Origin: the human T2T-CHM13v2.0 reference genome, Homo sapiens
Length of the DNA stretch: 64,000 nt
Assembly (NCBI RefSeq): GCF_009914755.1
Contig: NC_060948.1
Strand: one strand, 5' to 3'
The notes beneath the pieces were generated by a model that saw only the letters and a program-made list of their open reading frames with translations, was not told the DNA's origin and made no database searches. A program made the translations under genes and the position numbers. Below, piece by piece: positions 13,601 through 28,428 of this stretch. The first letter of the stretch is position 1. Each line of letters begins with the position of its first letter.

Positions 13601-14197
13601 AATAGAGTCGAATGGAATTGAATGGAATGGAATGGACTAGAGTGAAATGGAATCGAACCACAAGGAATGGACAGGAATAGAATGGTCTCGAATTGAATGG
13701 AATCGTATGGAATGGCATCAAACGGAATGGAATGGACAGCCACGGAATGGAATGCACTCGAATGCAATGGAGTCGAAACTAATGGACTGGAATAGAATGG
13801 ACTCGACTGGTACGGACTCCAATGGAATGGAATCGAATGGAAGGGAATCGAACGGAATGGACTCGAAGGGAAAAGACTGCAATGGAAAGGTCTCGAATGG
13901 AATGGAAATTAATGGAATGGAATGGAATCGAATGAAATGGAGTCAAAAGGAATGGAATCGAATGGCAAGAAATCGAATGTAATGGAATCGCAAGGAATTG
14001 ATGTGAACGGAACGGAATGGAATGGAATCCAAAGGAATGGAATAGAATGGAATGGAATCGAATGGAAAGGACTCGAATGGAAATCACTCGAATAGAATGC
14101 AATTTAATAAAATAGGATCAAATGTAATGGAATGGAATGGAAAGGAATCGAAACGAAAGGAATGGAGACAGATGGAATGGAATGGAACAGAGAGCAA
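10644..14197 (+). repeat. DYZ1 unit copy 4 (3554 bp)
   Basis: Landmark spacing; HaeIII 12894. Confidence 0.9.
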
Positions 14198-17100
14198 TGG
14201 TATAGAATGGAATGGAATCATCTGGAATGGAATTGAATGGAATGGAATAATATGAAATGGAATGGAATGGAATGGAATGGAATGCCCTTGAATTAAATGG
14301 ACTGGAATGGAATGGACTCGAACAGAGTGGAATGGAAAGTGTTGAGATAGAATGGAATGGACTCCTTTGGAATGGTCTAGTATGCAATGCAATCGACTGT
14401 CAGGGAATCAAAAGGAATGTAATCGAATGGATTGGACTGGAATGCAATGGACTCGAATAGATTGGAAACGGAATGCAAAGGAATGGAATGGAATAGTATG
14501 GAATGGAATGGAAAGGAATGGAGTGGAATAGACTAGAGTGGAATGGAATGGACTGGAAAGCAATGGACTGGAATGGAACTTTCTTGAATGGACTGGAATC
14601 AAACGGAATGGAATGCAATGCAATCAAATGGCATGGAATAAAATAGAATGAAAGAGAATCAAATGGAATTGAATCGAATGGAATCGAATGGATTGTAAAG
14701 GAATAGAATGGAATGGAATGGAATTGACTCAAATGGAATGGACTAGAATGGAATGGATTCGAATGGAAGGCAAAGGAATGGAATCTATTGGAATGGACTG
14801 TAATGGAATGGAATGGAAGGGATTGGAATGGACTCGAATGGAATGGACTGCAATAGAAAGGATTCGAATGGAATGAAAAAGAATTGAATGGAATAGAACA
14901 GAATGGAATCAAATCGAATGAAATGGAATGGAATAGAAAGGAATGGAATGAAATGGAATGGAAAGGATTCGAATGGAATGCAATCGAATGGAATGGAATC
15001 GAACGGAATGGAATAAAATGGAAGAAAACTGGCAAGAAATGGAATCGAAATGAATGGAGTGTTATGGAACGGACTCAAAAGGAATTGAATGTAATAGAAT
15101 GGAGTGGAGTGGACTCGAATATAATGGACTGGAATGGAATGAAATCACATGGAATGGGAACGAATGGAATGGAATGGAAAGGAATGGAATCGAATGGAAA
15201 GGAATCGAATGGAAGGGAATGAAATTGAATCAACAGGAATGGAAGGGAATAGAATAGACGGTAATGGAATGGACTCGAATAGAATGGACACGAATGCTCA
15301 AATTGAATGGATTCGAATGGAATGGAAACGAAAGGAATGTCATCGAATGGAATTGAATCGATTGGAATGAAATCGCATAGAATGGAGTGGAATCAAATGG
15401 AATTGAATCGAAAGGAAAGGAAGCGAATGGACTGAAATGAAATGGAATGGAATTGAATGGAAAGTAATGCAATGGAATAGAATGGAACGAAATTTCACGG
15501 AATGGAATCAAACTGAATGGAATCAAATCAATGGAATCTAATCAAATGGAATGGAAAGGAATTGAATGGAGTAGATTGGATTGGATGGGATTGGAATGAA
15601 ATGTACTGGAAAGGACTCGAATTTCATGAAACGGAATGGAATGAATTGGAACGGAATGGACTCGAATGGAATGGAATGTCATGGAATGGCATCGAATGGA
15701 ATGGCATCAAATGGAATGGAATCGAATGCAATGGAATGTTATGGAATGGAATGGAATGCATTGGAATGGAATGTCCTCTAATGGAATGGATTCGAGTGGA
15801 ATGGAATCGAATATAATGGAGTCGAATGAAATGGAATTGAAAGGAATGGGATCGAATAGAATGGAATATACTGGAATGTAATGTAATGAACACGAATGTA
15901 ATTGACTGGAATGGAATGTACATGAATGGAAGGTAATCGAATGGAAAGTAATCCAATGGAATAGAATCTAATGCAATAAAACCGAATCAGATAGAGTAGA
16001 ATGTAATGGAATGGAGTGCAGTGCAATGGAATGGAATGGAATTGAATGCAATGGAATGGAATGGAATGGAATGGAATGGAATGGAATGGAATGGTATGGA
16101 AAGGATAGTAATGGACTGGAGTGAAATGGACTGGAAAGGAATGGACTCAAATTGAAAGGGCTCGAAAGGAATGGAGTCAAATGGAATGGTCTGGAATGGA
16201 ATGAACACGAATGTAATGCAATCCAATAGAATGGAATCGAATGGCATGGAATATAAAGAAATGGAATCGAAGAGAATGGAAACAAATGGAATGGAATTGA
16301 ATGGAATGGAATTGAATGGAATGGGAACGAATGGAGTGAAATTGTATGCAGTAGAAGGGAATAGAATGGAATGCAAGCGAAAGGAAAGGAATGGATTGGA
16401 ATGGAATGGAATTCATTGGAATGGAAGGGAATGTAGTGTAATGGACAGGCCTGGAATAAAGTGGAATGCTACGGTCTCGAATGGAATAAAAATGTATGGA
16501 ATGGAATGCAATGAAACGGAATCGAATGTCATAGAATGTAATGGAATGCAACAAAATGGAATCCAAAATCATTGACTGGAAAGGCTGGGTGTCGAAAGGA
16601 ATTGACTCCAATGGAATGGAATCGAATGGAATGGAAGTGAATAGAATCGAACTAAATCGAATGGAATGGAATTGATAGGAACGGAATGGAAAGGAATGCA
16701 ATGATTTGGCATGGAATGGAATCGAATGGCATCGAATGGAATGGAATGGAATGCAATGGAATGGAATGTATTACAATGTAATGAACTTTAATGGAATGTA
16801 CTCGAATGGATTCGACTGGAATGGAATGTTCTGGAAGTGAATGGACTCCAATGGAATGGATTCCAAAGGAATGGAATCGTACGGAATGGAATCTAATGGA
16901 ATGGAATTAAATGGAAATGAATCAAATTGAATAGCACGGAATTGAATTGAATGGAATGGAATGCAATGGAATCTAATGAAACGGAAAGGAAAGGAATGGA
17001 ATGGAATGGAATGGGCTGGAATGGAAAGGAATCGAAACGAATGGAATGGAATCGAACTGAAGAGACTGGAATGGAATGCACTGGAATGGAAGGGAGTGTA

Positions 17101-17751
17101 ATGGAAGGTTCTCGAAAAAAATGGAATCGAATGGAATGGAATTGAATGGAACGGAATAGAGTCGAATGGAATTGAATGGAATGGAATGGACTAGAGTGAA
17201 ATGGAATCGAACCACAAGGAATGGACAGGAATAGAATGGTCTCGAATTGAATGGAATCGTATGGAATGGCATCAAACGGAATGGAATGGACAGCCACGGA
17301 ATGGAATGCACTCGAATGCAATGGAGTCGAAACTAATGGACTGGAATAGAATGGACTCGACTGGTACGGACTCCAATGGAATGGAATCGAATGGAAGGGA
17401 ATCGAACGGAATGGACTCGAAGGGAAAAGACTGCAATGGAAAGGTCTCGAATGGAATGGAAATTAATGGAATGGAATGGAATCGAATGAAATGGAGTCAA
17501 AAGGAATGGAATCGAATGGCAAGAAATCGAATGTAATGGAATCGCAAGGAATTGATGTGAACGGAACGGAATGGAATGGAATCCAAAGGAATGGAATAGA
17601 ATGGAATGGAATCGAATGGAAAGGACTCGAATGGAAATCACTCGAATAGAATGCAATTTAATAAAATAGGATCAAATGTAATGGAATGGAATGGAAAGGA
17701 ATCGAAACGAAAGGAATGGAGACAGATGGAATGGAATGGAACAGAGAGCAA
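14198..17751 (+). repeat. DYZ1 unit copy 5 (3554 bp)
   Basis: Landmark spacing; HaeIII 16448. Confidence 0.9.
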
Positions 17752-20700
17752 TGGTATAGAATGGAATGGAATCATCTGGAATGGAATTGAATGGAATGGA
17801 ATAATATGAAATGGAATGGAATGGAATGGAATGGAATGCCCTTGAATTAAATGGACTGGAATGGAATGGACTCGAACAGAGTGGAATGGAAAGTGTTGAG
17901 ATAGAATGGAATGGACTCCTTTGGAATGGTGTAGTATGCAATGCAATCGACTGGCAGGGAATCAAAAGGAATGTAATGGAATGGACTGGACTGGAATGCA
18001 ATGGACTCGAATAGATTGGAAACGGAATGCAAAGGAATGGAATGGAATAGTATGGAATGGAATGGAAAGGAATGGAGTGGAATAGACTAGAGTGGAATGG
18101 AATGGACTGGAAAGCAACGGACTGGAATGGATCTTTCTTGAATGGACTGGAATCAATCGGAATGGAATGCAATGCAATCAAATGGCATGGAATAAAATAG
18201 AATGAAAGAGAATCAAAAGGAATTGATTCGAATGGAATCGAATGGATTGGAAAGGAATAGAATGGAATGGAATGGAATTGACTCAAATGGAATGGACTAG
18301 AATGGAATGGATTCGAATGGAAGGCAAAGGAATGGAATCTATTGGAATGGACTGTAATGGAATGGAATGGAAGGGATTGGAATGGACTCGAATGGAATGG
18401 ACTGCAATAGAAAGGATTCGAATGGAATGAAAAAGAATTGAATGGAATAGAACAGAATGGAATCAAATCGAATGAAATGGAATGGAATAGAAAGGAATGG
18501 AATGAAATGGAATGGAAAGGATTCGAATGGAATGCAATCGAATGGAATGGAATCGAACGGAATGGAATAAAATGGAAGAAAACTGGCAAGAAATGGAATC
18601 GAAATGAATGGAGAGTTATGGAACGGACTCAAAAGGAATTGAATGTAATAGAATGGAGTGGAGTGGACTCGAATATAATGGACTGGAATGGAATGAAATC
18701 ACATGGAATGGGAACGAATGGAATGGAATGGAAAGGAATGGAATCGAATGGAAAGGAATCGAATGGAAGGGAATGAAATTGAATCAACAGGAATGGAAGG
18801 GAATAGAATAGACGGTAATGGAATGGACTCGAATAGAATGGACACGAATGCTCAAATTGAATGGACTCGAATGGAATGGAAACGAAAGGAATGTCATCGA
18901 ATGGAATTGAATCGATTGGAATGAAATCGCATAGAATGGAGTGGAATCAAATGGAATTGAATCGAAAGGAAAGGAAGCGAATGGACTGAAATGAAATGGA
19001 ATGGAATTGAATGGAAAGTAATGCAATGGAATAGAATGGAACGAAATTTCACGGAATGGAATCAAACTGAATGGAATCAAATCAATGGAATCCAATCAAA
19101 TGGAATGGAGTAGATTGGATTGGATGGGATTGGAATGAAATGTACTGGAAAGGACTCGAATTTCATGAAACGGAATGCAATGAATTGGAACGGAATGGAC
19201 TCGAATGGAATGGAATGTCATAGAATGGCATCAAATGGATTGGCATCAAATGGAATGGAATAGAATGCAATAGAATGCTATGTAATGGAATGGAATGCAT
19301 TGGAATGGAATGTCCTCTAATGGAATGGATTCGAGTGGAATGGAATCGAATATAATGGAGTCGAATGAAATGGAATTGAAAGGAATGGGATCGAATACAA
19401 TGGAATATACTGGAATGTAATGTAATGAACTCGAATGTAATTGACTGGAATGGAATGTACATGAATGGAATGTAATCGAATGGAAAGTAATCCAATGGAA
19501 TAGAATCTAATGCAGTAAAATCGACTCAGATAGAGTAGAATGTAATGGAATGGAGTGCAGTGCAATGGAATGGAATGGAATGGAATGCAATGTAATGGAA
19601 TGGAATGGAATGGAATGGGATGGAATGGTATGGAATGGACAGTAATGGACTGGAGTGAAATGGACTGGAAAGGAATGGACTCAAATTGAAAGGGCTCGAA
19701 AGGAATAGAGACAAATGGAATGGTCTGGAATGGAATGAACACGAATGTAATGCAATCCAATAGAATGGAGTCGAATGGCATGGAATATAAAGAAATGGAA
19801 TCGAAGAGAATGGAAACAAATGGAATGGAATTGAATGGAATGGAATTGAATGGAATGGGAACGAATGGAGTGAAATTTTATGCAGTAGAAGAGAATAGAA
19901 TGGAATGCAAGAGAAACGAAAGGAATGGATTGGAATGGAATGGAATTCATTGGAATGGAAGGGAATGTAGTGTAATGGACAGGCCTGGAATAAAGTGGAA
20001 TGCTACGGTCTCGAATGGAATAAAAATGTATGGAATGGAATGCAATGAAACGGAATCGAATGTCATAGAATGTAATGGAATGCAAAAAAATGGAATCCAA
20101 AATCATTGACTGGAAAGGCTGGGTGTCAAAAGGAATTGACTCCAATGGAATGGAATCGAATGGAATGGAAGTGAATAGAATCGAACTAAATCGAATGGAA
20201 TGGAATTGATAGGAACGGAATGGAAAGGAATGCAATGATTTGGCATGGAATGGAATCGAATGGCATCGAATGGAATGGAATGGAATGCAATGGAATGGAA
20301 TGTATTAGAATGAAATGAACTTTAATGGAATGTACTCGAATGGATTCGACTGGAATGGAATGTTCTGGAAGTGAATGGACTCCAATGGAATGGATTCCAA
20401 AGGAATGGAATCGTACGGAATGGAATCTAATGGAATGGAATTAAATGGAAATGAATCAAATTGAATAGCACGGAATTGAATTGAATGGAATGGAATGCAA
20501 TGGAATCTAATGAAACGGAAAGGAAAGGAATGGAATGGAATGGAATGGGCTGGAATGGAAAGGAATCGAAACGAATGGAATGGAATCGAACTGAAGAGAC
20601 TGGAATGGAATGCACTGGAATGGAAGGGAGTGTAATGGAAGGTTCTCGAAAAAAATGGAATCGAATGGAATGGAATTGAATGGAACGGAATAGAGTCGAA

Positions 20701-21285
20701 TGGAATTGAATGGAATGGAATGGACTAGAGTGAAATGGAATCGAACCACAAGGAATGGACAGGAATAGAATGGTCTCGAATTGAATGGGATCGTATGGAA
20801 TGGCATCAAACGGAATGGAATGGACAGCCACGGAATGGAATGCACTCGAATGCAATGGAGTCGAAACTAATGGACTGGAATAGAATGGACTCGACTGGTA
20901 CGGACTCCAATGGAATGGAATCGAATGGAAGGGAATCGAACGGAATGGACTCGAAGGGAAAAGACTGCAATGGAAAGGTCTCGAATGGAATGGAAATTAA
21001 TGGAATGGATTGGAATCGAATGAAATGGAGTCAAAAGGAATGGAATCGAATGGCAAGAAATCGAATGTAATGGAATCGCCAGGAATTGATGTGAACGGAA
21101 CGGAATGGAATGGAATCCAAAGGAATGGAATAGAATGGAATGGAATCGAATGGAAAGGACTCGAATGGAAATCACTCGAATAGAATGAAATTTAATAAAA
21201 TAGGATCAAATGTAATGGAATGGAATGGAAAGGAATCGAAACGAAAGGAATGGAGACAGATGGAATGGAATGGAACAGAGAGCAA
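17752..21285 (+). repeat. DYZ1 unit copy 6 (3534 bp)
   Basis: Landmark spacing; HaeIII 19982; 15-bp deletion near 19108; many private SNVs. Confidence 0.9.
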
Positions 21286-24200
21286 TGGTATAGAATGGAA
21301 TGGAATCATCTGGAATGGAATTGAATGGAATGGAATAATATGAAATGGAATGGAATGGAATGGAATGGAATGCCCTTGAATTAAATGGACTGGAATGGAA
21401 TGGACTCGAACAGAGTGGAATGGAAAGTGTTGAGATAGAATGGAATGGACTCCTTTGGAATGGTCTAGTATGCAATGCAATCGACTGGTAGGGAATCAAA
21501 AGGAATGTAATCGAATGGATTGGACTGGAATGCAATGGACTCGAATAGATTGGAAAAGGAATGCAAAGGAATGGAATGGAATAGTATGGAATGGAATGGA
21601 AAGGAATGGAGTGGAATAGACTAGAGTGGAATGGAATGGACTGGAAAGCAATGGACTGGAATGGAACTTTCTTGAATGGACTGGAATCAAACGGAATGGA
21701 ATGCAATGCAATCAAATGGCATGGAATAAAATAGAATGAAAGAGAATCAAATGGAATTGAATCGAATGGAATCGAATGGATTGGAAAGGAATAGAATGGA
21801 ATGGAATGGAATTGACTCAAATGGAATGGACTAGAATGGAATGGATTCGAATGGAAGGCAAAGGAATGGAATCTATTGGAATGGACTGTAATGGAATGGA
21901 ATGGAAGGGATTGGAATGGACTCGAATGGAATGGACTGCAATAGAAAGGATTCGAATGGAATGAAAAAGAATTGAATGGAATAGAACAGAATGGAATCAA
22001 ATCGAATGAAATGGAATGGAATAGAAAGGAATGGAATGAAATGGAATGGAAAGGATTCGAATGGAATGCAATCGAATGGAATGGAATCGAACGGAATGGA
22101 ATAAAATGGAAGAAAACAGGCAAGAAATGGAATCGAAAGGAATGGAGTGTTATGGAACGGACTCAAAAGGAATTGAATGTAATAGAATGGAGTGGAGTGG
22201 ACTCGAATATAATGGACTGGAATGGAATGAAATCACATGGAATGGGAACGAATGGAATGGAATGGAAAGGAATGGAATCGAATGGAAAGGAATCGAATGG
22301 AAGGGAATGAAATTGAATCAACAGGAATGGAAGGGAATAGAATAGACGGTAATGGAATGGACTCGAATAGAATGGACACGAATGCTCAAATTGAATGGAC
22401 TCGAATGGAATGGAAACGAAAGGAATGTCATCGAATGGAATTGAATCGATTGGAATGAAATCGCATAGAATGGAGTGGAATCAAATGGAATTGAATCGAA
22501 AGGAAAGGAAGCGAATGGACTGAAATGAAATGGAATGGAATTGAATGGAAAGTAATGCAATGGAATAGAAGGGAACGAAATTTCACGGAATGGAATCAAA
22601 CTGAATGGAATCAAATCAATGGAATCAAATCAAACGGAATGGAAAGGAATTGAATGGAGTAGATTGGATTGGATGGGATTGGAATGTAATGTACTGGAAA
22701 GGACTCGAATTCCATGAAACGGAATGGAATGAATTGGAACGGAATGGACTCGAATGGAATGGAATGTCATGGAATGGCGTCAAATGGAATGGCATCAAAT
22801 GGAATGGAATCGAATGCAATGGAATGCTATGGAATGGAATGGAATGCATTGGAATGGAATGTCCTCTAATGGAATGGATTCGAGTGGAATGGAATCGAAT
22901 ATAATGGAGTCGAATGAAATGGAATTGAAAGGAATGGGATCGAATACAATGGAATATACTGGAATGTAATGTAATGAACTCGAATGTAATTGACTGGAAT
23001 GGAATGTACATGAATGGAATGTAATCGAAAGGAAAGTAATCCAATGGAATAGAATCTAATGCAGTAAAATCGACTCAGATAGAGTAGAATGTAATGGAAT
23101 GGAGTGCAGTGCAATGCAATGGAATGGAATGGAATGCAATGGAATGGAATGGAATGGAATGGAATGGAATGGAATGGAATGGAATGGAATGGGATGGAAT
23201 GGTATGGAATGGATAGTAATGGACTGGAGTGAAATGGACTGCAAAGGAATGGACTCAAATTGAAAGGGCTCGAAAGGAATGGAGTCAAATGGAATGGTCT
23301 GGAATGGAATGAACACGAATGTAATGCAATCCAATAGAATGGAATCGAATGGCATGGAATATAAAGAAATGGAATCGAAGAGAATGGAAACAAATGGAAT
23401 GGAATTGAATGAAATGGAATTGAATGGAATGGGAACGAATGGAGTGAAATTGTATGCAGTAGAAGGGAATAGAATGGAATGCAAGCGAAAGGAAAGGAAT
23501 GGATTGGAATGGAATGGAATTCATTGGAATGGAAGGGAATGTAGTGTAATGGACAGGCCTGGAATAAAGTGGAATGCTACGGTCTCAAATGGAATAAAAA
23601 TGTATGGAATGGAATGCAATGAAACGGAATCGAATGTCATAGAATGTAATGGAATGCAAAAAAATGGAATCCAAAATCATTGACTGGAAAGGCTGGGTGT
23701 CGAAAGGAATTGACTCCAATGGAATGGAATCGAATGGAGTGGAAGTGAATAGAATCGAACTAAATCGAATGGAATGGAATTGATAGGAACGGAATGGAAA
23801 GGAATGCAATGATTTGGCACGGAATGGAATCGAATGGCATCGAATGGAATGGAATGGAATGCAATGGAATGGAACGTATTAGAATGTAATGAACTTTAAT
23901 GGAATGTACTCGAATGGATTCGACTGGAATGGAATGTTCTGGAAGTGAATGGACTCCAATGGAATGGATTCAAAAGGAATGGAATCGTACGGAATGGAAT
24001 CTAATGGAATGGAATTAAATGGAAATGAATCAAATTGAATAGCATGGAATTGAATTGAATGGAATCGAATGCAATGGAATCTAACGAAACGGAAAGGAAA
24101 GGAATGGAATGGAATGGAATGGGCTGGAATGGAAAGGAATCGAAACGAATGGAACGGAATCGAACTGAAGAGACTGGAATGGAATGCACTGGAATGGAAG

Positions 24201-24859
24201 GGAGTGTAATGGAAGGTTCTCGAAAAAAATGGAATCGAATGGAATGGAATTGAATGGAACGGAATAGAGTCGAATGGAATTGAATGGAATGGAATGGACT
24301 AGAGTGAAATGGAATCGAACCACAAGGAATGGACAGGAATAGAATGGTCTCGAATTGAATGGAATCGTATGGAATGGCATCAAACGGAATGGAATGGACA
24401 GCCACGGAATGGAATGCACTCGAATGCAATGGAGTCGAAACTAATGGACTGGAATAGAATGGACTCGACTGGTACGGACTCCAATGGAATGGAATCGAAT
24501 GGAAGGGAATCGAACGGAATGGACTCGAAGGGAAAAGACTGCAATGGAAAGGTCTCGAATGGAATGGAAATAAATGGAATGGAATGGAATCGAATGAAAT
24601 GGAGTCAAAAGGAATGGAATCGAATGGCAAGAAATCGAATGTAATGGAATCGCAAGGAATTGATGTGAACGGAACGGAATGGAATGGAATCCAAAGGAAT
24701 GGAATAGAATGGAATGGAATCGAATGGAAAGGACTCGAATGGAAATCACTCGAATAGAATGCAATTTAATAAAATAGGACCAAATGTAATGGAATGGAAT
24801 GGAAAGGAATCGAAACGAAAGGAATGGAGACAGATGGAATGGAATGGAACAGAGAGCAA
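21286..24859 (+). repeat. DYZ1 unit copy 7 (3574 bp)
   Basis: Landmark spacing; HaeIII 23556; extra EcoRI 22707. Confidence 0.9.
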
Positions 24860-27800
24860 TGGTATATAATGGAATGGAATCATCTGGAATGGAATTGAAT
24901 GGAATGGAATAATATGAAATGGAATGGAATGGAATGGAATGGAATGCCCTTGAATTAAATTGACTGGAATGGAATGGACTCGAACAGAGTGGAATGGAAA
25001 GTGTTGAGATAGAATGGAATGGACTCGTTTGGAATGGTCTAGTAGGCAATGCAATCGACTGGCAGGGAATCAAAAGGAATGTAATCGAATGGATTGGACT
25101 GGAATGCAATGGACTCGAATAGATTGCAAACGGAATGCAAAGGAATGGAATGGAATAGTATGGAATGGAATGGAAAGGAATGGAGTGGAATAGAGTAGAG
25201 TGGAATGGAATGGACTGGAAAGAAATGGACTGGAATGGAACTTTCTTGAATGGACTGGAATCAAACGGAATGGAATGCAATGCAATCAAATGGCATGGAA
25301 TAAAATAGAATGAAAGAGAATCAAATGGAATTGAATCGAATGGAATCGAATGGATTGGAAAGGAATAGAATGGAATGGAATGGAATTGACTCAAATGGAA
25401 TGGACTAGAATGGAATGGATTCGAATGGAAGGCAAAGGAATGGAATCTATTGGAATGGACTGTAATGGAATGGAATGGAAGGGATTGGAATGGACTCGAA
25501 TGGAATGGACTGCAATAGAAAGGATTCGAATGGAATGAAAAAGAATTGAATGGAATAGAACAGAATGGAATCAAATCGAATGAAATGGAATGGAATAGAA
25601 AGGAATGGAATGAAATGGAATGGAAAGGATTCGAATGGAATGCAATCGAATGGAATGGAATCGAACGGAATGGAATAAAATGGAAGAAAACTGGCAAGAA
25701 ATGGAATCGAAATGAATGGAGTGTTATGGAACGGACTCAAAAGGAATTGAATGTAATAGAATGGAGTGGAGTGGACTCGAATATAATGGACTGGAATGGA
25801 ATGAAATCACATGGAATGGGAACGAATGGAATGGAATGGAAAGGAATGGAATCGAATGGAAAGGAATCGAATGGAAGGGAATGAAATTGAATCAACAGGA
25901 ATGGAAGGGAATAGAATAGACGGTAATGGAATGGACTCGAATTGAATGGACACGAATGCTCAAATTGAATGGACTCGAATGGAATGGAAACGAAAGGAAT
26001 GTCATCGAATGGAATTGAATCGATTGGAATGAAATCGCATAGAATGGAGTGGAATCAAATGGAATTGAATCGAAAGGAAAGGAAGCGAATGGACTGAAAT
26101 GAAATGGAATGGAATTGAATGGAAAGTAATGCAATGGAATAGAATGGAACGAAATTTCACGGAATGGAATCAAACTGAATGGAATCAAATCAATGAAATC
26201 TAATCAAATGGAATGGAAAGGAATTGAATGGAGTAGATTGGATTGGATGGGATTGGAATGAAATGTACTGCAAAGGACTCGAATTTCATGAAACGGAATG
26301 GAATGAATTGGAACGGAATGGACTCGAATGGAATGGAATGTCATGGAATGGCATCAAATGGAATGGCATCAAATGGAATGGAATCGAATGCAATGGAATG
26401 CTCTGGAATGGAATGGAATGCATTGGAATGGAATGTCCTCTAATGGAATGGATTCGAGTGGAATGGCATCGAATATAATGGAGTCGAATGAAATGGAATT
26501 GAAAAGAATGGGTTCGAATACAATGGAATATACTGGAATGTAATGTAATGAACTCGAATGTAATTGACTGGAATGGAATGTACATGAATGGAATGTAATC
26601 GAATGGAAAGTAATCCAATGGAATAGAATCTAATGCAATAAAATCGACTCAAATAGAGTAGAATGTAATGGAATGGAGTGCAGTGCAATGGAATGGAATG
26701 GAATGGAATGCAATGGAATGGAATGGAATGGAATGGAATGGAATGTAATTTAATGGAATGGGATGGAATGGTATGGAATGGATAGTAATGGACTGGAGTG
26801 AAATGGACTGGAAAGGAATGGACTCAAATTGAAAGGGCTCGAAAGGAATGGAGTCAAATGGAATGGTCTGGAATGGAATGAACACGAATGTAATGCAATC
26901 CAATAGAATGGAATCGAATGGCATGGAATATAAAGAAATGGAATCGAAGAGAATGGAAACAAATGGAATGGAATTGAATGGAATGGAATTGAATGGAATG
27001 GGAACGAATGGAGTGAAATTGTATGCAGTAGAAGAGAATAGAATGGAATGCAAGCGAAAGGAAAGGAATGGATTGGAATGGAATGGAATTCATTGGAATG
27101 GAAGGGAATGTAGTGTAATGGACAGGTCTGGAATAAAGTGGAATGCTACGGTCTCGAATGGAATAAAAATGTATGGAATGGAATGCAATGAAACGGAATC
27201 GAATGTCATAGAATGTAATGGAATGCAAAAAAATGGAATCCAAAATCATTGACTGGAAAGGCTGGGTGTCGAAAGGAATTGACTCCAATGGAATGGAATC
27301 GAATGGAATGGAAGTGAATAGAATCGAACTAAATCGAATGGAATGGAATTGATAGGAACGGAATGGAAAGGAATGCAATGATTTGGCATGGAATGGAATC
27401 GAATGGCATCGAATGGAATGGAATGGAATGCAATGGAATGGAAAGTATTAGAATGTAATGAACTTTAATGGAATGTACTCGAATGGATTCGACTGGAATG
27501 GAATGTTCTGGAAGTGAATGGACTCCAATGGAATGGATTCCAAAGGAATGGAATCGTACGGAATGGAATCTAATGGAATGGAATTAAATGGAAATGAATC
27601 AAATTGAATAGCACGGAATTGAATTGAATGGAATGGAATGCAATGGAATCTAATGAAACGGAAAGGAAAGGAATGGAATGGAATGGAATGGGCTGGAATG
27701 GAAAGGAATCGAAACGAATGGAATGGAATCGAACTGAAGAGACTGGAATGGAATGCACTGGAATGGAAGGGAGTGTAATGGAAGGTTCTCGAAAAAAATG

Positions 27801-28428
27801 GAATCGAATGGAATGGAATTGAATGGAACGGAATAGAGTCGAATGGAATTGAATGGAATGGAATGGACTAGAGTGAAATGGAATCGAACCACAAGGGATG
27901 GACAGGAATACAATGGTCTCGAATTGAATGGAATCGTATGGAATGGCATCAAACGGAATGGAATGGACAGCCACGGAATGGAATGCACTCGAATGCAATG
28001 GAGTCGAAACTAATGGACTGGAATAGAATGGACTCGACTGGTACGGACTGCAATGGAATGGAATCGAATGGAAGGGAATCGAACGGAATGGACTCGAAGG
28101 GAAAAGACTGCAATGGAAAGGTCTCGAATGGAATGGAAATTAATGGAATGGAATGGAATCGAATGAAATGGAGTCAAAAGGAATGGAATCGAATGGCAAG
28201 AAATCGAATGTAATGGAATCGCCAGGAATTGATGTGAACGGAACGGAATGGAATGGAATCCAAAGGAATGGAATAGAATGGAATGGAATCGAATGGAAAG
28301 GACTCGAATGGAAATCACTCGAATAGAATCCAATTTAATAAAATAGGATCAAATGTAATGGAATGGAATGGAAAGGAATCGAAACGAAAGGAATGGAGAC
28401 AGATGGAATGGAATGGAACAGAGAGCAA
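24860..28428 (+). repeat. DYZ1 unit copy 8 (3569 bp)
   Basis: Landmark spacing (landmark here reads TGGTATAT); HaeIII site mutated to GGTC at 27125. Confidence 0.9.
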
